Shown here in pieces: positions 10,480-22,832 of a stretch of 64,000 nucleotides of DNA; position 1 is the first letter of the stretch, and every line of letters starts with the position of its first letter. Location: contig JAAOMT010000483.1 of NCBI GenBank assembly GCA_016748015.1, forward strand, positions 186,001-250,000. The letters run 5' to 3'. The position numbers and the translations under genes are program-made. The notes under the pieces are model-generated. The model had not been told where the DNA came from. It saw nothing but the letters and a program-made list of their open reading frames with translations, and ran no database searches. Origin of the DNA: Geosiphon pyriformis uo1 (lineage: Eukaryota > Fungi > Glomeromycota).

Positions 10480-12542
10480 GTTTTAAGTGACTCTGGATCG
10501 AGGGTTGCCTGATGTTATTTGAGCTGGGTTCTGAGTTGGTGTTTGAATTGGTTGGGGTTGATAGATGATTTGTGGCTGCAGTTAATATATTACTTGTGGC
10601 TGTGGCTGATGAATTGGAGATTGATATATTGACAGTTAATAGATTGGTTGCTGCATCATGGGCAGGTAATTATTTCAATATTGGTTTTGACTCTGATTTG
10701 GATAATGATTCGGAGTTTGGAACTGGCAATTGAGATTTTGATATTGATTTCCTGATCTTTGGTTATTTAGACACTGGCGACAGTCAATTTGGATATGACC
10801 TTGTTTACCACAATAGTGGCAGATACGCATTTCCTGTTGCCACTGTTGATTGGTCGATGAAGATGGACGTGGTTGATTTTGGCCACGATTAGAATTTCCT
10901 TGATTATTGCGTCATTGTGGAGGCTGATAAATGGCGTGATTGTCAGCTAAGTATCCTTCCAATCTCTTATTAATTGATTCACTGAACTTCTCCAATTTAG
11001 AATCCAATTCAGATGATCCGTTTATTACTAAGTTAATGGCTTGGGTGTGGTTAGCCTCTGATTTGGCAGATTCAAAATCTCTGGTGCATGTAACTGCATC
11101 TTGAAAAGTATCTGGATGCAATGGCCATACATGTTGCAAGATGCTGCTGCACAAGCCACGGATAAACTGATTGAGTATCTGTGGTGCTGTGAAATAATTG
11201 GTGTCAATTGCTTGAATTTGGCATAGGTTTTAATGGAAGTGTCCCAGGTAAGTGGTGACTGCTTCAGTTTCTTCTTGTTTTATGATAGTGAATGCATTAA
11301 CTAGGCGATTGATACTGTTATTGTTGCTGAAATATCTTAGAAATTCTGCTTTGAAGGCATTAAAATCTTGTGGTTTATTAACCAAGCTCTAATACCATAA
11401 ATTGGTAGTATCCTTGAGAAAGTAGGGAATGGCTTGCATTACTCGAGCGTCATTCCATCCATTGGCTGCGATGGCTTTTTCTACATTGTTTAGCCATATT
11501 TGAGCATCATTCTCTTTGCCAGTAAAGTTGTCAAGTTTTGCGATTGGTGCGTAGGCCATTGAATCTAAGTTAGGTGGTTGTAGTGGCTGTTGAAGCAGTT
11601 GTTATTGTCCTGGCTGTTGGGGTGGTAGTTGAAGTGGCTGTTGTATGGGTTCGGCTATGGGATTAATTGGCAGTTGATCAAGAACAATTACCGGAAGTAA
11701 GTTTTGCTGATTAATTAATTCGGAGTTTTGATTTCTTTGATTTGGCGGCATTTGAATATTTGGAGTTTCGATTTCTGGATTTTTTAACTGTTGCTGAGTT
11801 TGAATGTTCAGGGTTTCAACTTCCGGATTTTCAGTAATCGGGTGCTGGTAGTGAATTCTTGATTCTCTGATTCTTCTTTCTCTTTTTCTGATTCCGCTGC
11901 TTCCCACAGATCAGAGATTCTGAAATCTGGTGAAGGCAGTGGTAATCAAAGTCCTAATGGGGTTGATGATCACGAATTAAATCCCTCAAAGTATTCACCG
12001 TATGGTCCTAACAATTCTGTTTTTCTTTGTCTATTTTGGAATAGGAATCATCCAAACACTAATGTCGCAGTTGATGGGAACACGTCTGTTGATGATATGT
12101 TAATGGCGCTTCCAGGTGTATAGTGGTAGGATGGGTTGTTTAGGGATTCAACTCTGTTTTTCTTCCAAGTAGGTGGCTGTATTTTTCTGGGTTTTACTGC
12201 TGGTGTTTGTAATTTTCTCTTGCCTTTACTAGCATATGTAATTGGATATTTTTGTTGAGTGTGATGTTCAATTTCTTTGTTGATCTCAGTGATGATGGAT
12301 GCGAAATTATGATTTGTTGGTAGGTTGGTGTTTTGGATTAATTCCTTATAGAAAGTTTCTCTTGCTGATTCAGTATTCACTGGTGTTCCTAATAAAGAGG
12401 AAATCTTTTCATTGACATAGAAATTGAAGACTGATTTGGCGGATATATAATTGTGGTTTAATCCCAAGTATTGACAATAGTGTTGAAATAAGAATTTTGC
12501 GAATCCTAAATGGTTTGCTCCTATAGTTTTTGATTCTGCCAC
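10480..12542 (-). pseudogene. gag: gag of element A
   Basis: Capsid-like AYAPIAKLDNFTG..DAQIWL and QFIRGL segments; knuckle CHYCGKQGHIQIDC at about 10780-10822. Confidence 0.9.
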
Positions 12543-12585
12543 TTTTGGTTTGGTGTTGTCAGTGCTGGTTCTCTGTAGGATTATA

Positions 12586-12602
12586 CCTCACAAGGAGCAC
12601 CA
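12586..12602 (-). promoter_or_regulatory. Primer binding site of element A
   Basis: TGGTGCTCCTTGTGAGG starts 2 nt after the 5' LTR. Confidence 0.9.
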
Positions 12603-12604
12603 AA

Positions 12605-13479
12605 TGTTACAGGTGATTATTTCTGCTATCAAATCAAATAACAAATCTGTAACTTGGTGCTCAAAGCTAATTGCAGTTGATATTGATCTGAAGATTTAGT
12701 CTCTGAAGATTTTGGTTGAGTTCTTTGTATAATGGACAAAGATTCAATGGTGTCGATAGTAGATGTATTCTTCCAAGAGTTTTCCCAATTTCTTTTTCAG
12801 TGTGGTGGCCGGATTTAGTCTGGCAGTCATGCCCTTCTGGTAAGCTATCCGATAATATATATAAAATCCTACCCTTATTTCTGGGTCTTTTACCAGGCTA
12901 TCCTTGACATTAATAACTCAGCGCTTAATCTTTTAATCAATTAGTATACAACAACAAAATCAAAAAATGAAAGAAAATAAAATAAATAAAAAATAAAAGT
13001 AAAGAAAGTAAAGAAAATAAGCCAAGGCAATTTGGTCTGTTAGTATTTCGTCAATAGCTGTGATCAAGAGCTATTGTTTCAGCGTGGTTAAGTATCAATT
13101 ACTATCAACATGAAGTGTTAATAGTGAAGAGTAAATTGAGATATAGAATGATTATTTATTTGATGATTAGTTTCTTGGTTAAGGATTTTGTGGTATCGAT
13201 TCTGTCTTTTCTGTTTCTAACACTACTGCTATATATACATAATTGAGATTCCTCAATTTCTCAATTCTTTATGACAGAAATCCTGGAATTTTTGGAATCC
13301 TGCGATTTCTTTAAGAGGAATCTTGGAATTCTGGAATCCTGCAATTTCTCGTTGAGAATCCTGAAATTCCTGGAATCCTGCAATTCTTGAGAGGAATCCT
13401 GGAATTCCACATTTACTACGCTTACTTCTGATTGGCTAATAATTATTCTAATATAATTCCTATATTTCTATGAGTAACA
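12605..13479 (-). repeat. 5' LTR of element A
   Basis: 875 bp, followed by the PBS. Confidence 0.96.
13230..13237 (-). promoter_or_regulatory. Putative LTR TATA box (TATATATA)
   Basis: The context tatatatagcag is kept in the A, D, E, F and G LTRs although the flanking U3 sequence diverges. Confidence 0.6.
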
Positions 13480-14860
13480 ATGTTCCAGTTAGAAAATCTT
13501 TTGCTTTAGATATTGAATTGGATAAAATAGTTAGGAAATTCTTTTAAGAGAAGCTGGTAGCTGTTAGGAAATTGTTCTCAAAAATTAATGGTTTTAGAGA
13601 GGCCTTTACATTCTCAAAATTTGCTGAGATCATTAGAACAACATTCACTTCTGAATTAAGCTTAGCACAAGCTACAGCAAAAACAGGAGCTGTAAATATA
13701 TTGGTAAATACTAATCTCAAGAAATCTTCTATGTATTTAGATTAGACTATGATGTTGAAAGAGATTCCTATTGGAATATTAGCTGAAACTGTGCACACTG
13801 TGCTGTCTGAGTTTAATGCTATTATGTTAATCAAAATGCAATTGGTGGGGCTGTGGCAAAAAGCTGTAGTAAAGTTTGTCCAATCAGATCAGGCTGATTT
13901 GGTCATAACTAAATAGTTCATCTTAATTAGGAAAGATACTGTGAGAATAGCTAAGGCTAATATAGACAAAGAATCATAGAATATGAAAAATCAGCATAGA
14001 GCACTACTTTATACACTGCTAATGAACACCAACACTCATAATATTTGAGATTTCATTGGTTTTGTAAGTAAGAAAACATGTGTTATTGATCAACACTTTG
14101 TTATATATGCCCAAGTCAGATGTGCTGTTGTTTGTTTTGACTTAGTTAATTTACTAAATGCTGTTATGGAAACTATGCCTATTTTAAGGAGTGTCAATCT
14201 GTGCTGGTCTCATCTAGGTTCTGCTAAGTGTGCTAAATATGAGAAATTGGATTATACTTTCTTGAACTGTTCTATAGATAAAAAATTATTTTCTGGTAGC
14301 TTATCTTACAGAATCTTGTTGAATAATAATAAAAGCAGACTGGCATCTATTTATGCTAGATGTTCTGCTCCAATCTCCTATTCTGTTTCTTTTGGTGGTG
14401 TCTTTTGGGCCAAGATTGTTGGTGGGTCTTCATTCTCTTTTTTTCCTATACATAATAACTCTGTTGTTCCTGGTTCATCTTTAAAGATAAAACTTGCCCT
14501 AATAGTGTCTATGGATTTGGATAATAAGTTTGCTGCTTTTGAGTGTAGTCTTACCAGTTTCGCAGAATGTATTGACAAATTGGTTAAGAGGTTGGACACA
14601 CCTAAGCCAATGGTTTTCCAGTCTAGCCTTAGATGTTAGCCATTAGTAACTTCTTTATCACAAAATTAAGAAGCAGATATAGTGATAAGTGAAAGTTCAA
14701 ATGTGGTCACTGGTGGTGAGACTATTGTAAAAGTGACAGTTTTTGATTTTTTAGTTGTCTTAAAAATGGAAAACACTTTGAACAATCTGTTAATCACAGT
14801 TATAAACCTTTTAGCTAAAATAAACAATGCTGGTTTGGTTTCTGTTACTCATATTTTTCA

Positions 14861-17800
14861 ATGACAAATCTGGTTTAGAGATTTGCTACATGTAATGTTT
14901 AGGATATCAATGTTTCTGCCAAGCAGGAAGATGTTGTTCATTGGCACATGAAGTCTAAAAATATGGTTTCTATTGTTACGAAAATAAAGTTAAGATCTAG
15001 TATTAGACCATAGATCATGAACAAGTTTGATAAAGTAAGAATATTCTCTTCTGGCTTGGACAAGAGTTTTTTGGTACTGAAGTGACAATTATTATAAAAA
15101 ATTCTCTTGCATGTTATGTTTTTAAAGTTGAAAAAGTTCCTGGTTATCTTGTTTCTGTTTGGCTTTTTTTTAAAGACAAGCTGTTATTAGTGATTTTAGG
15201 TCTATACACTAGTGCTTTGGCTGAAACCAGATTTAGTCAGTCTTTTGAGATTAACTTTTTTATTGGTAAGGCTGTTAATTTCTCTATATTCATGGTTTTA
15301 GATGGAGATTTTAATGAAAATAGATCTAAAAAAAGTGCGAATTTTAAGTTCTGCTCAGATTTGGGCTTGGTTAACTCTTTTAATGAATATTCACTAGTCA
15401 AAGCTTCTACTTGGGGCAACTTAAGGGGTACCATAAAGGTTATTAATTATATTTTTGTAAGTGGAAGTTTATCATTTGCAGTGGCTGGTTAAAAAGTTGT
15501 TCTTGTTTCTAATTTCTTTAACACTAATCATAATGCTGTTTTGGTTTTAGTTGGTCTGAGTGGTCTCCTAAATGCTTGTTTCAATGGTGATTATATGTAG
15601 GCTAATAGGGATAAGTAGAAGTTCAAGATTAAGAATGCAGATACCAATAGATGGTTGCACTTTAGAGCATGTTTATTGGACAGATTTTTGAAATCTAAGG
15701 GCAAATTTAATGGCACAAGGGATACTGGAAATCTAAATACTATATAGAATATTTTTAAGAAAGTAGTAGTAAGCTTTGTTAATAAAGTGTTTTTTAGGTA
15801 CTGGTTTAGTGAGTTTGATTGTTCTAGAAATAAACAGTCTTTAAAGTTCTTTAGAGTGGAATTGTTGGTGGCCAAGTTGGTAAAGTGTTTGAGCTTAGGT
15901 CAGGAGTTAGATATCAATTACCTTTTTAATATATGGTCCAATTTTGATAATAAGAAGGCCTCCAAAATACACATAATGTTTGGTAATAGTAAGAGCAAAA
16001 AGAGCATTTTGCAATACCTGTTAAGAGTCAAAAAAATGTACCAAAAGTCTAAGTATTATGAATCTAGAATTGCCAAAAACATTTCCATCAGAAAGACAAT
16101 AAGCAAGTGTATGGAGATCTTTTGCTCTAACAAAGGATGGATAATCAAAAGTGTTTTAGAACAGTCATTCAAAAAGGTGGTGCTCAACTATCTAATAGTG
16201 AATGATAAGTTAATTCTGGTGCCTGATAAAGTTAAATCTGCTGTTAATGTTATCATAGAAAGATAGACAAGAAAACATAATGTTCCCAACTCTCTGTCTA
16301 CTCATTGGTCTAATCAATATGCCCCTTTAGATTATGTCAATAATAATGCATTTTTTAAATATTATGTGTAATATTAAGTCTAATAAGTTTTTTTTAGTGG
16401 TCAAAAGATTGTCTAATGGGAAAACTGCTGGCATTTTTGGTATTCCTAATGAACTTTGGAAGCATAAAGATGCTCAAGTTCTAAGACAGTTTGTTGAACA
16501 TTCTCAATACATACTTAGTGTTGAGTATGGTACTTTTATAGTGGAAACAGGCTTAAATTTCTATAATACCAAAGCCATATGATTAAGAAAGAACACTCAC
16601 CAATATTAGACCTATTGCTTTGATCAAAACTGCCTAAAAGATACTGTTCAAAATTTTTTTTGACAGAATATCTCTAGCTTGCAGTGAATTTAATGTCCTT
16701 TACAGTGACAATTTTTCAGTTCTGAAAGGTATGTCCATTCAGGCTCCAATTTTTGCCATTGGTTCTATTATTGAGAATGCACTAAAAAAAAATAAAGAAC
16801 TGTAGTTAGTTCTCCAAAATATGCAAAAAGCCTATAATTCAGTTGGTTGGTTCTATTTGCAAAACAGCTTAATTAAAATCAGAATGTGCCCCTGTTTTAT
16901 AGAATTTTTTGGAAGCATACATAATAATTGGACCAACTGAGTAATGACAGACTTTGAACTGACTGATAGTTATACTGTTCATAATAGATTGGATTAAGGA
17001 GAAGTCTTTTTACTATTGTTGTAGAAGATTTTTTATGATCTTTTGTTTTGTGAAATCAAAAGACATGAGCAATTGTATGATTACAGATTGAGTTCAAAAT
17101 TTTTCACAAGGACTGGTAAAGTTAATCCTAATGGTAACAAAACTTCTTTTTTTGCAGCTGGTGCTTTTGTGGATGACACTATTTGGGTTAAAAAATACAT
17201 GATGGCTACACAACACATTTTGAACATTGCAAGTAAATTTTTTGAGATTAATAACATTTCTATTAATATGGACAAAACAATCATCATTCCTATTAATTGA
17301 GAAGCCAAAAAGATTTCAATGTCTATTAGTGGCTCTAATATCTTTATAGCCAAAAGGCATGAGTCTTATCAGTACTTAGGGATCTTTTTTTCTATAGATG
17401 GTCTATCAAAGCTGAGTTTAGTTAAAGCTTATTCTGATATCAGGTTCTTTTCAAATATGGTTTTGAAAAAGACCATTACTAAGAAGCAGTTTTTGTACTT
17501 GGTCTCTGCTGTTTTACAACCCATAATTAGTTACAGATTACAATTTAGTTGTGTTCAAAAACTGTATGTGAAAAATGGGACAAAATATTAAGGAAGAGAC
17601 TGAAGCTCAAGGCCAATCTCTCCAAGGATTTTCCAAATGAAGCTTTGTATCATTCAGAACTGTATGGTTTAAGAACTTTTGAGCATTTGCTAACTGAGAA
17701 TCTGTTGGCTGGCTTAATTGTTTTTGCAAATGCTAACAAAATCCTCAATGAGTTATTTAAGCACAGAGCTATAAAGTTGCAGGCTGCTAACTGGATGCTT

Positions 17801-20506
17801 CAGCACTCTCTTTGAGTTTTAATCAAGTTACTGATTGATCCAATGAATTGTTTTCTGGCTGGTACAACATGTGCTCTCAATTTGTGCAACCTGTCTTTGG
17901 GTGGTAATCTGCCTAATGGTTTTCAGACCAAGAATAATATTGCAGTTCTGAATGTGCTCAGCTCTAAGTCTTATTTGAGTGTAATAAGATCTCTTAAAAA
18001 GTACAGTATTGTGTTTGCAAATCAGCTTTTAGATTATCATAACACATGTTTTATATAGAACACTTTTTATAGATAGAAAAAACTGGATCCTAGAGAGCCA
18101 GTTTCTGTTTGGTTTGTTTCTCTGGTCAAATTTATTAATGAGAGTGGTTTGTTAAATAGTATATTGTTGTTTTTTTGTTCCATTCTTGCTGACTCTCCTT
18201 GTGATTTTGGCTACATTAGTAAATATTTGCTGGATTCTGGTTTGAATTTTATAATTATTTATATGAATGGCTCCATTAAAAACTTGGGTTTATTAGGTGC
18301 TTGTGGTGATACTACTGCCTATTTTCCAGATGTAAACATTAGCATTGGGGTAAAAGTAAATGGATTGCTATCATCAACTCTAGTAGAACTACAGACCATT
18401 GCTCTTGTTTTGGAGTGTGTGCCTGCTTCTCTTTTAGTTAATTTGTTTACAGATAGCCAAGCTTTACTGAATATGTGTACTTTCTTTAGTGGTATATCTC
18501 ATATTGACTTTCATAACAAATGTTGAATTGAAAAAAAGCATATTTGCCAGGTTATTTCCAAAAAAAGTTTGTTGGTTACTTGGAATAAAAGTCAAGAGTT
18601 ACTTTGGTGTTATCAGTAGAATTTTAGCTATTAATTAGCATGAAATTACCTTCATAATTCTTATCATTAGTTAGCATATATTATTATTATTTCGATTATC
18701 ACTTATTATTTAATCAAATTATCAAATATCATTACTCAATCAATAATCCAATTTGTACTCTAGAAATTAAGATGATCAAATTACACAATACCCTAAACCT
18801 TTTAACATAGTCAAAATTCGCCGAAATTAATGAAAATTGGCCGAAATAATCAAATAGTTCAGTGAAATAACTTGTAGTTTACCGAAATGTATCTTTAGTT
18901 TACCCAAATTGTAGCAAAGAGAAAAGTGCAAGTTCAAAAACTAGTACTATAACAAGTTATATAAAAGAAGAGCTTCTCTCTTCAAGAAAATGTATCTTCT
19001 CATAGTATTTTATCATAGTACTTTACTTTAGATATTTTAATTGAAACAAATCACTTTTTACACATTCAAATAAAAATTAAATATTCAAAAACCAAATCCT
19101 TAAATTATTACACTTGAAATTCTCTCAACACAACTAATGTTTTGAAATTGATTAGCTACCAATTTCAGTAATCTGTTAGTGACTCCAGGCCTGGATAAAA
19201 AACGTTTTCTTTGACAAAATTCTATTTCTTTTACATTTCTTTTATTTTCTTTTTCTTTTTTTATTATAATCATTAAGGTAGTCTACAGACAAGATTCCTG
19301 TAGAAGAGTTGACTTTCACAACAAAGTAACTACACATTTTAGTGAGCTTTCAGATAAGCAATTTCTGGGAAAGAGTTGATATTTACTACAACATAATTAC
19401 ACAAAGTAACTGGCATAGAATTGGCCATTCCACTTATAAGCCCAGCAGTTCAAATTATAGGAGATAATTTGAAGATAAATTCAGTTACTGGGGGTTCAAC
19501 TACTTCCTGGAAATGTGAATTCACAGCAAATCAACATTAACAACATTAAAGAAAAGAGACCAAAAACCTCTGGTAACATTGGTGTTGTTAGAAATAAACA
19601 TGCCAATTTCTATGCTAATACTGTAATTTTCTCTAAGTCTTTTCTGCCTCTTATGGTGTCATATTGTTTTCTTAATGTTGAAAGCAGGCCTGTCTTTGGA
19701 AGTGCTTGTTATGTTGCTAAAAAATTATTCTATGCAGTTTACTCTGTTGGTTGGAAAGCCAGGTGTGTTGGTAGCACTATTAATGCAAATCTCTGTAACT
19801 GTTTTAATGTTTGGCACCCCAATAGTAAGTTCTAATTGGACTACACTAGCTCTGCATTGGTAACACTTCAGTCTTATTTCATAAAAATGCTACACCATTA
19901 TTTGCTAGTGGCCAAAAGAAAAAAAACATATAATTCAAGATATTTGAGTGCTACATACATTTGGTGTGGTATGATGAAAGACTCTAATTACATATTTTCT
20001 TGTGCTTATGATGGCAAAGTTAAGAAAACTTTATTGTCTGATGCTACTTTGGAATGAGATGTGTTGCTAAGTATGTCTACCAATGGAAATGTGGTTGCTC
20101 ATTCTCTAAATGAGGCTGTTTCTTTCAACAATTGTTTATAATACTGGCTAAAAATTTCATTTTAAAGAGTTGGATAATTGACACAGTAGATTATTTGGGT
20201 GCTAATTTTAGGAGAGATGCATTAGTTATCAATTTTGTTTGTCATTTCACTGAGTATCACAGATCTGCCATTTGGTTGCCTGTGGCCAAGTTAAGATCTT
20301 ATTATAAGAAGTACAACCTCTTGCCATATGATAGTTCTTCTTTTCCTTTGGTGTTCAGTTTGTTTTTATTGTGGTTTGCTGGAATGATATGAGATTTTGG
20401 TTTCAAGTTGGATATCTATGTGTGCTTTAGCTTGTATTCATGTCTGTTTAAATTAAATTTTGGTTTCTTGAATAATATTCCTGTAGTAAATAAATTAAGT
20501 ATATAG
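14861..20506 (+). pseudogene. LINE copy 2 ORF2: APE endonuclease, RT, RNase H, C-terminal Cys/His-like motif
   Basis: APE TCNV, GDFN, INYIF; RT RPIALI, QNMQKAYNSV, AFVDDT; RNase H YMNGS, ELQTI, FTDSQA and GVVRNKHAN. The RNase H is split by a solo LTR. Confidence 0.9.
18608..19578 (+). mobile_element. Solo LTR, family B
   Basis: TGTTAT..GTAACA ends; TSD TTGG at 18604-18607 and 19579-19582; homologous to the reverse complement of 57566-58573. Confidence 0.93.
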
Positions 20507-20999
20507 CACTGCTTTGATTGGCTCAAGTGATTAGTCATGTGTAAAAAGAGCATAAGCCATGCTTAATTTAGATTCTTTTTTGTTTCTATGTATTTAGGTA
20601 GTGATTGGGCTGCACTCATAAAACTTCTAAAAAAAAAAAAAAAAAAAACTTTATAGAATTAAATATTTTTTTGTAAAAACAAAAAAAAAATTAAAAAAAT
20701 TAATATTATTTAAAATATTAAAATTAAACTAACAAAAAATTTAAAATAAATATTTAAAAAATCATGTTATCTATAATTTTAAAAATATTTATAAATTTTA
20801 ATTTTATAAACAAAAATATGTTAAAAAAATAAATAAAAAAATAAAATATTAAAATATATATTAAATTTTTTTTAATGATTAAAAAATTAATAAAAAAAAA
20901 GTTTTTTCTTAAAATATATTTTAAAAATACTTTTTATTATTAATTAATAAATATAATTTAACTACTACCTATTAATATACAATTAAATAAGAGAAAAAT

Positions 21000-21405
21000 A
21001 TTCTTTTTCTCCTATGTTCAAAATCATTATAAAAAAAAGTAATTTTATTAAAAAAAAGTTTTTTAATCATTCAATACAATAAATTCAAACTGTTTTTGCT
21101 AGACTATGAAGTTGTTATTAGCTTTAATATTGTTATTATAAAGAAGTCTATTAAGAATTTTGGCTTTAGTATTAATAATAAACTTACTTTTTTAAAGAAA
21201 AAAAGGAAAGATAGTGCTTTGAATAATAATATTAGTAACAAAAAATATTTCTACCAAAAAATTGAATAGTTATTTTTGAGACTTAAAAACTAGTAACACT
21301 ACTGAATCCAATAATATTAACATGAAAAAAAGTGTTTAATCAAAAAGACCAGTATTAACTATGATAAAAATTGTACTTTTAATAATGAAAATTCTAAACA
21401 AATAC
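21000..21405 (+). mobile_element. LINE copy 3, decayed 5' UTR and ORF1 start, cut by element D
   Basis: Collinear with 2760-3160 (tacaataaattcaaac..tttttgct; agtaacactactgaatc). Confidence 0.8.
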
Positions 21406-22177
21406 TGTTATAAGTAATTATTTGAAGTATAGAAACAAATAACAAATCTGTAATTTAGTGCTCAATAGCTGAATAGTGTTGATAATATCTGAAAATTTTG
21501 GTGAAGTTTTTTGTATAATAGACAAAAATTTAATGGTTGTTTTAATAGTCTTCCAGAATGATTATTTCATTGAATTTTTTTTTAATTTAATGGCCAGTTT
21601 CCTAATAAGCTATTCTTAATCCCAAGTGTCTACTCTTATTTCTGGGTCTTTTATTAGTCTTTTTAATATTAATAACTCCATGTATTTTACTTCTTTAATC
21701 AGTTAATCAAATAAAATAAAAAAATAACAGAAAAAAAAAGAAAATAAGAAATTAATATTCTATCAATAGCCATGATCAAGAGTTATTGTTTCAGTATGAT
21801 TAAATATTAGATTCTATTAACATGATGTGTTGATAAAGTAAAAATGATGAATATTTTTTAATCAAATAACAGTAATATGAATTCAGATAGTAATTGATAT
21901 TTTATTGATATATAATAAGATTCTGTTTCAAATTATAGAAAACTATCTTTTAAAAGAAGGGGTAAGATATAATTAATGAGTTGAAGTATTAATCCTGAAT
22001 TGGATTCTAACTGGAGATTCTGTCTTTTTTGTTTTTAATACTTTTACTATATATACATAATTAATGCTTTATATTGTTGACAATATACTTATGTGCTTAA
22101 TATTATTATTTTATTGGTCTATTTTTTCTATCTGTTTTTTTTACTATTTTTTTTGTATTCTTTTTCTATGAGTAATA
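21406..22177 (-). repeat. 3' LTR of element D
   Basis: TGTTAT..GTAATA ends. The R/U5-side sequence is homologous to the A LTR but U3 differs. Confidence 0.85.
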
Positions 22178-22189
22178 TTATCTTTTCTT

Positions 22190-22832
22190 TTTTAATATTG
22201 AGCTTTGTCGAAATTTTTATTTTGGATTAATTTTATTACTTCTCTTTCTAATACTGTTTGTTTAATTCTGGTTCTTATGTTTTCTACTTGTGAGTTATTC
22301 ATTCTTTCCTACTGGTTAATAATTATTGTTTTCATTTCTGAATGTAATAGGTTTTCTGAATAATTTTGAAATATGGTGTATAGTCAATAGATTGTTCTAG
22401 TGTTGAATTTGTTTTTTTTTTGATAAAGTCTTTAATTTGCTGTATTATTTCTTGATTGAATATTTTTTTGGATTTGTCAATATATAATTTCTGGATATTC
22501 AGCTTTTGTCTTAGCTAATAGTAACAGTATGCTATTGGAAGTTGTTTTGTTCATAACTTCTAGTTTTCTTTGGTTAGTTTCTTTGTTAGAATTATTCTTG
22601 GTTGGAATTATTCTTGGTATTTTTCCAAAAGTGTTTTTTACTTTTTTCATGATTTTATCTAACCAATATTTTGTTTAGTTCTGTGGTTGCTAATATGAAA
22701 TTTTTTTTCTCTTTTTGTGTTTTGATAGCAAATTGTTTGGTAGTTGATAACAATTTTCATGTTTAATTGTTGTTAATTTATGGCTTGAAATAGTTGTTAA
22801 GCCATTGTGTAAATATAATCTGGAATTTTCAT
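22190..22832 (-). pseudogene. ORF3 of element D
   Basis: ATG at 22832 gives MKIPDYIYTMA*QLFQA, homologous to ORF3 of elements A and F. Confidence 0.7.

Larger units (their letters stand above)
3301..13479 (-). mobile_element. Ty3/Gypsy-type LTR retrotransposon A, full length (10179 bp), dUTPase-bearing
   Basis: Two 875-bp LTRs with TGTTAC..GTAACA ends; TSD ATGT at 3297-3300 and 13480-13483; PBS and PPT present; order gag-PR-RT-RH-IN. Confidence 0.96.
2896..14864 (+). pseudogene. LINE copy 2 ORF1, split by element A (pieces 2896-3300 and 13484-14864)
   Basis: Removing the insert restores LVDVPVRKSFALDI, homologous to copy 1 IEVAVKKFFVLDI. Downstream motifs include KEIPIG and LVGLWQKAVVKF. 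Confidence 0.85.
2745..20648 (+). mobile_element. LINE copy 2, full length (about 6.7 kb once two LTR insertions are removed)
   Basis: Has 5' UTR, ORF1, ORF2 and an A20 tail at 20629-20648. Candidate TSD AAAACTTTATA at 2734-2744 and 20645-20655. Interrupted by element A (3301-13479) and a solo LTR (18608-19578). Confidence 0.85.

Noticed and set aside
10400-10700. Programmed gag-pol frameshift site
   Set aside because: Gag appears to run into PR, and random stops and indels obscure the junction. No conserved slippery site was identified.
19515-19835. 106-aa ORF spanning the solo LTR end and LINE ORF2 as a chimeric gene
   Set aside because: It is a chance in-frame junction with a GTG start, and the downstream LINE frame is broken.
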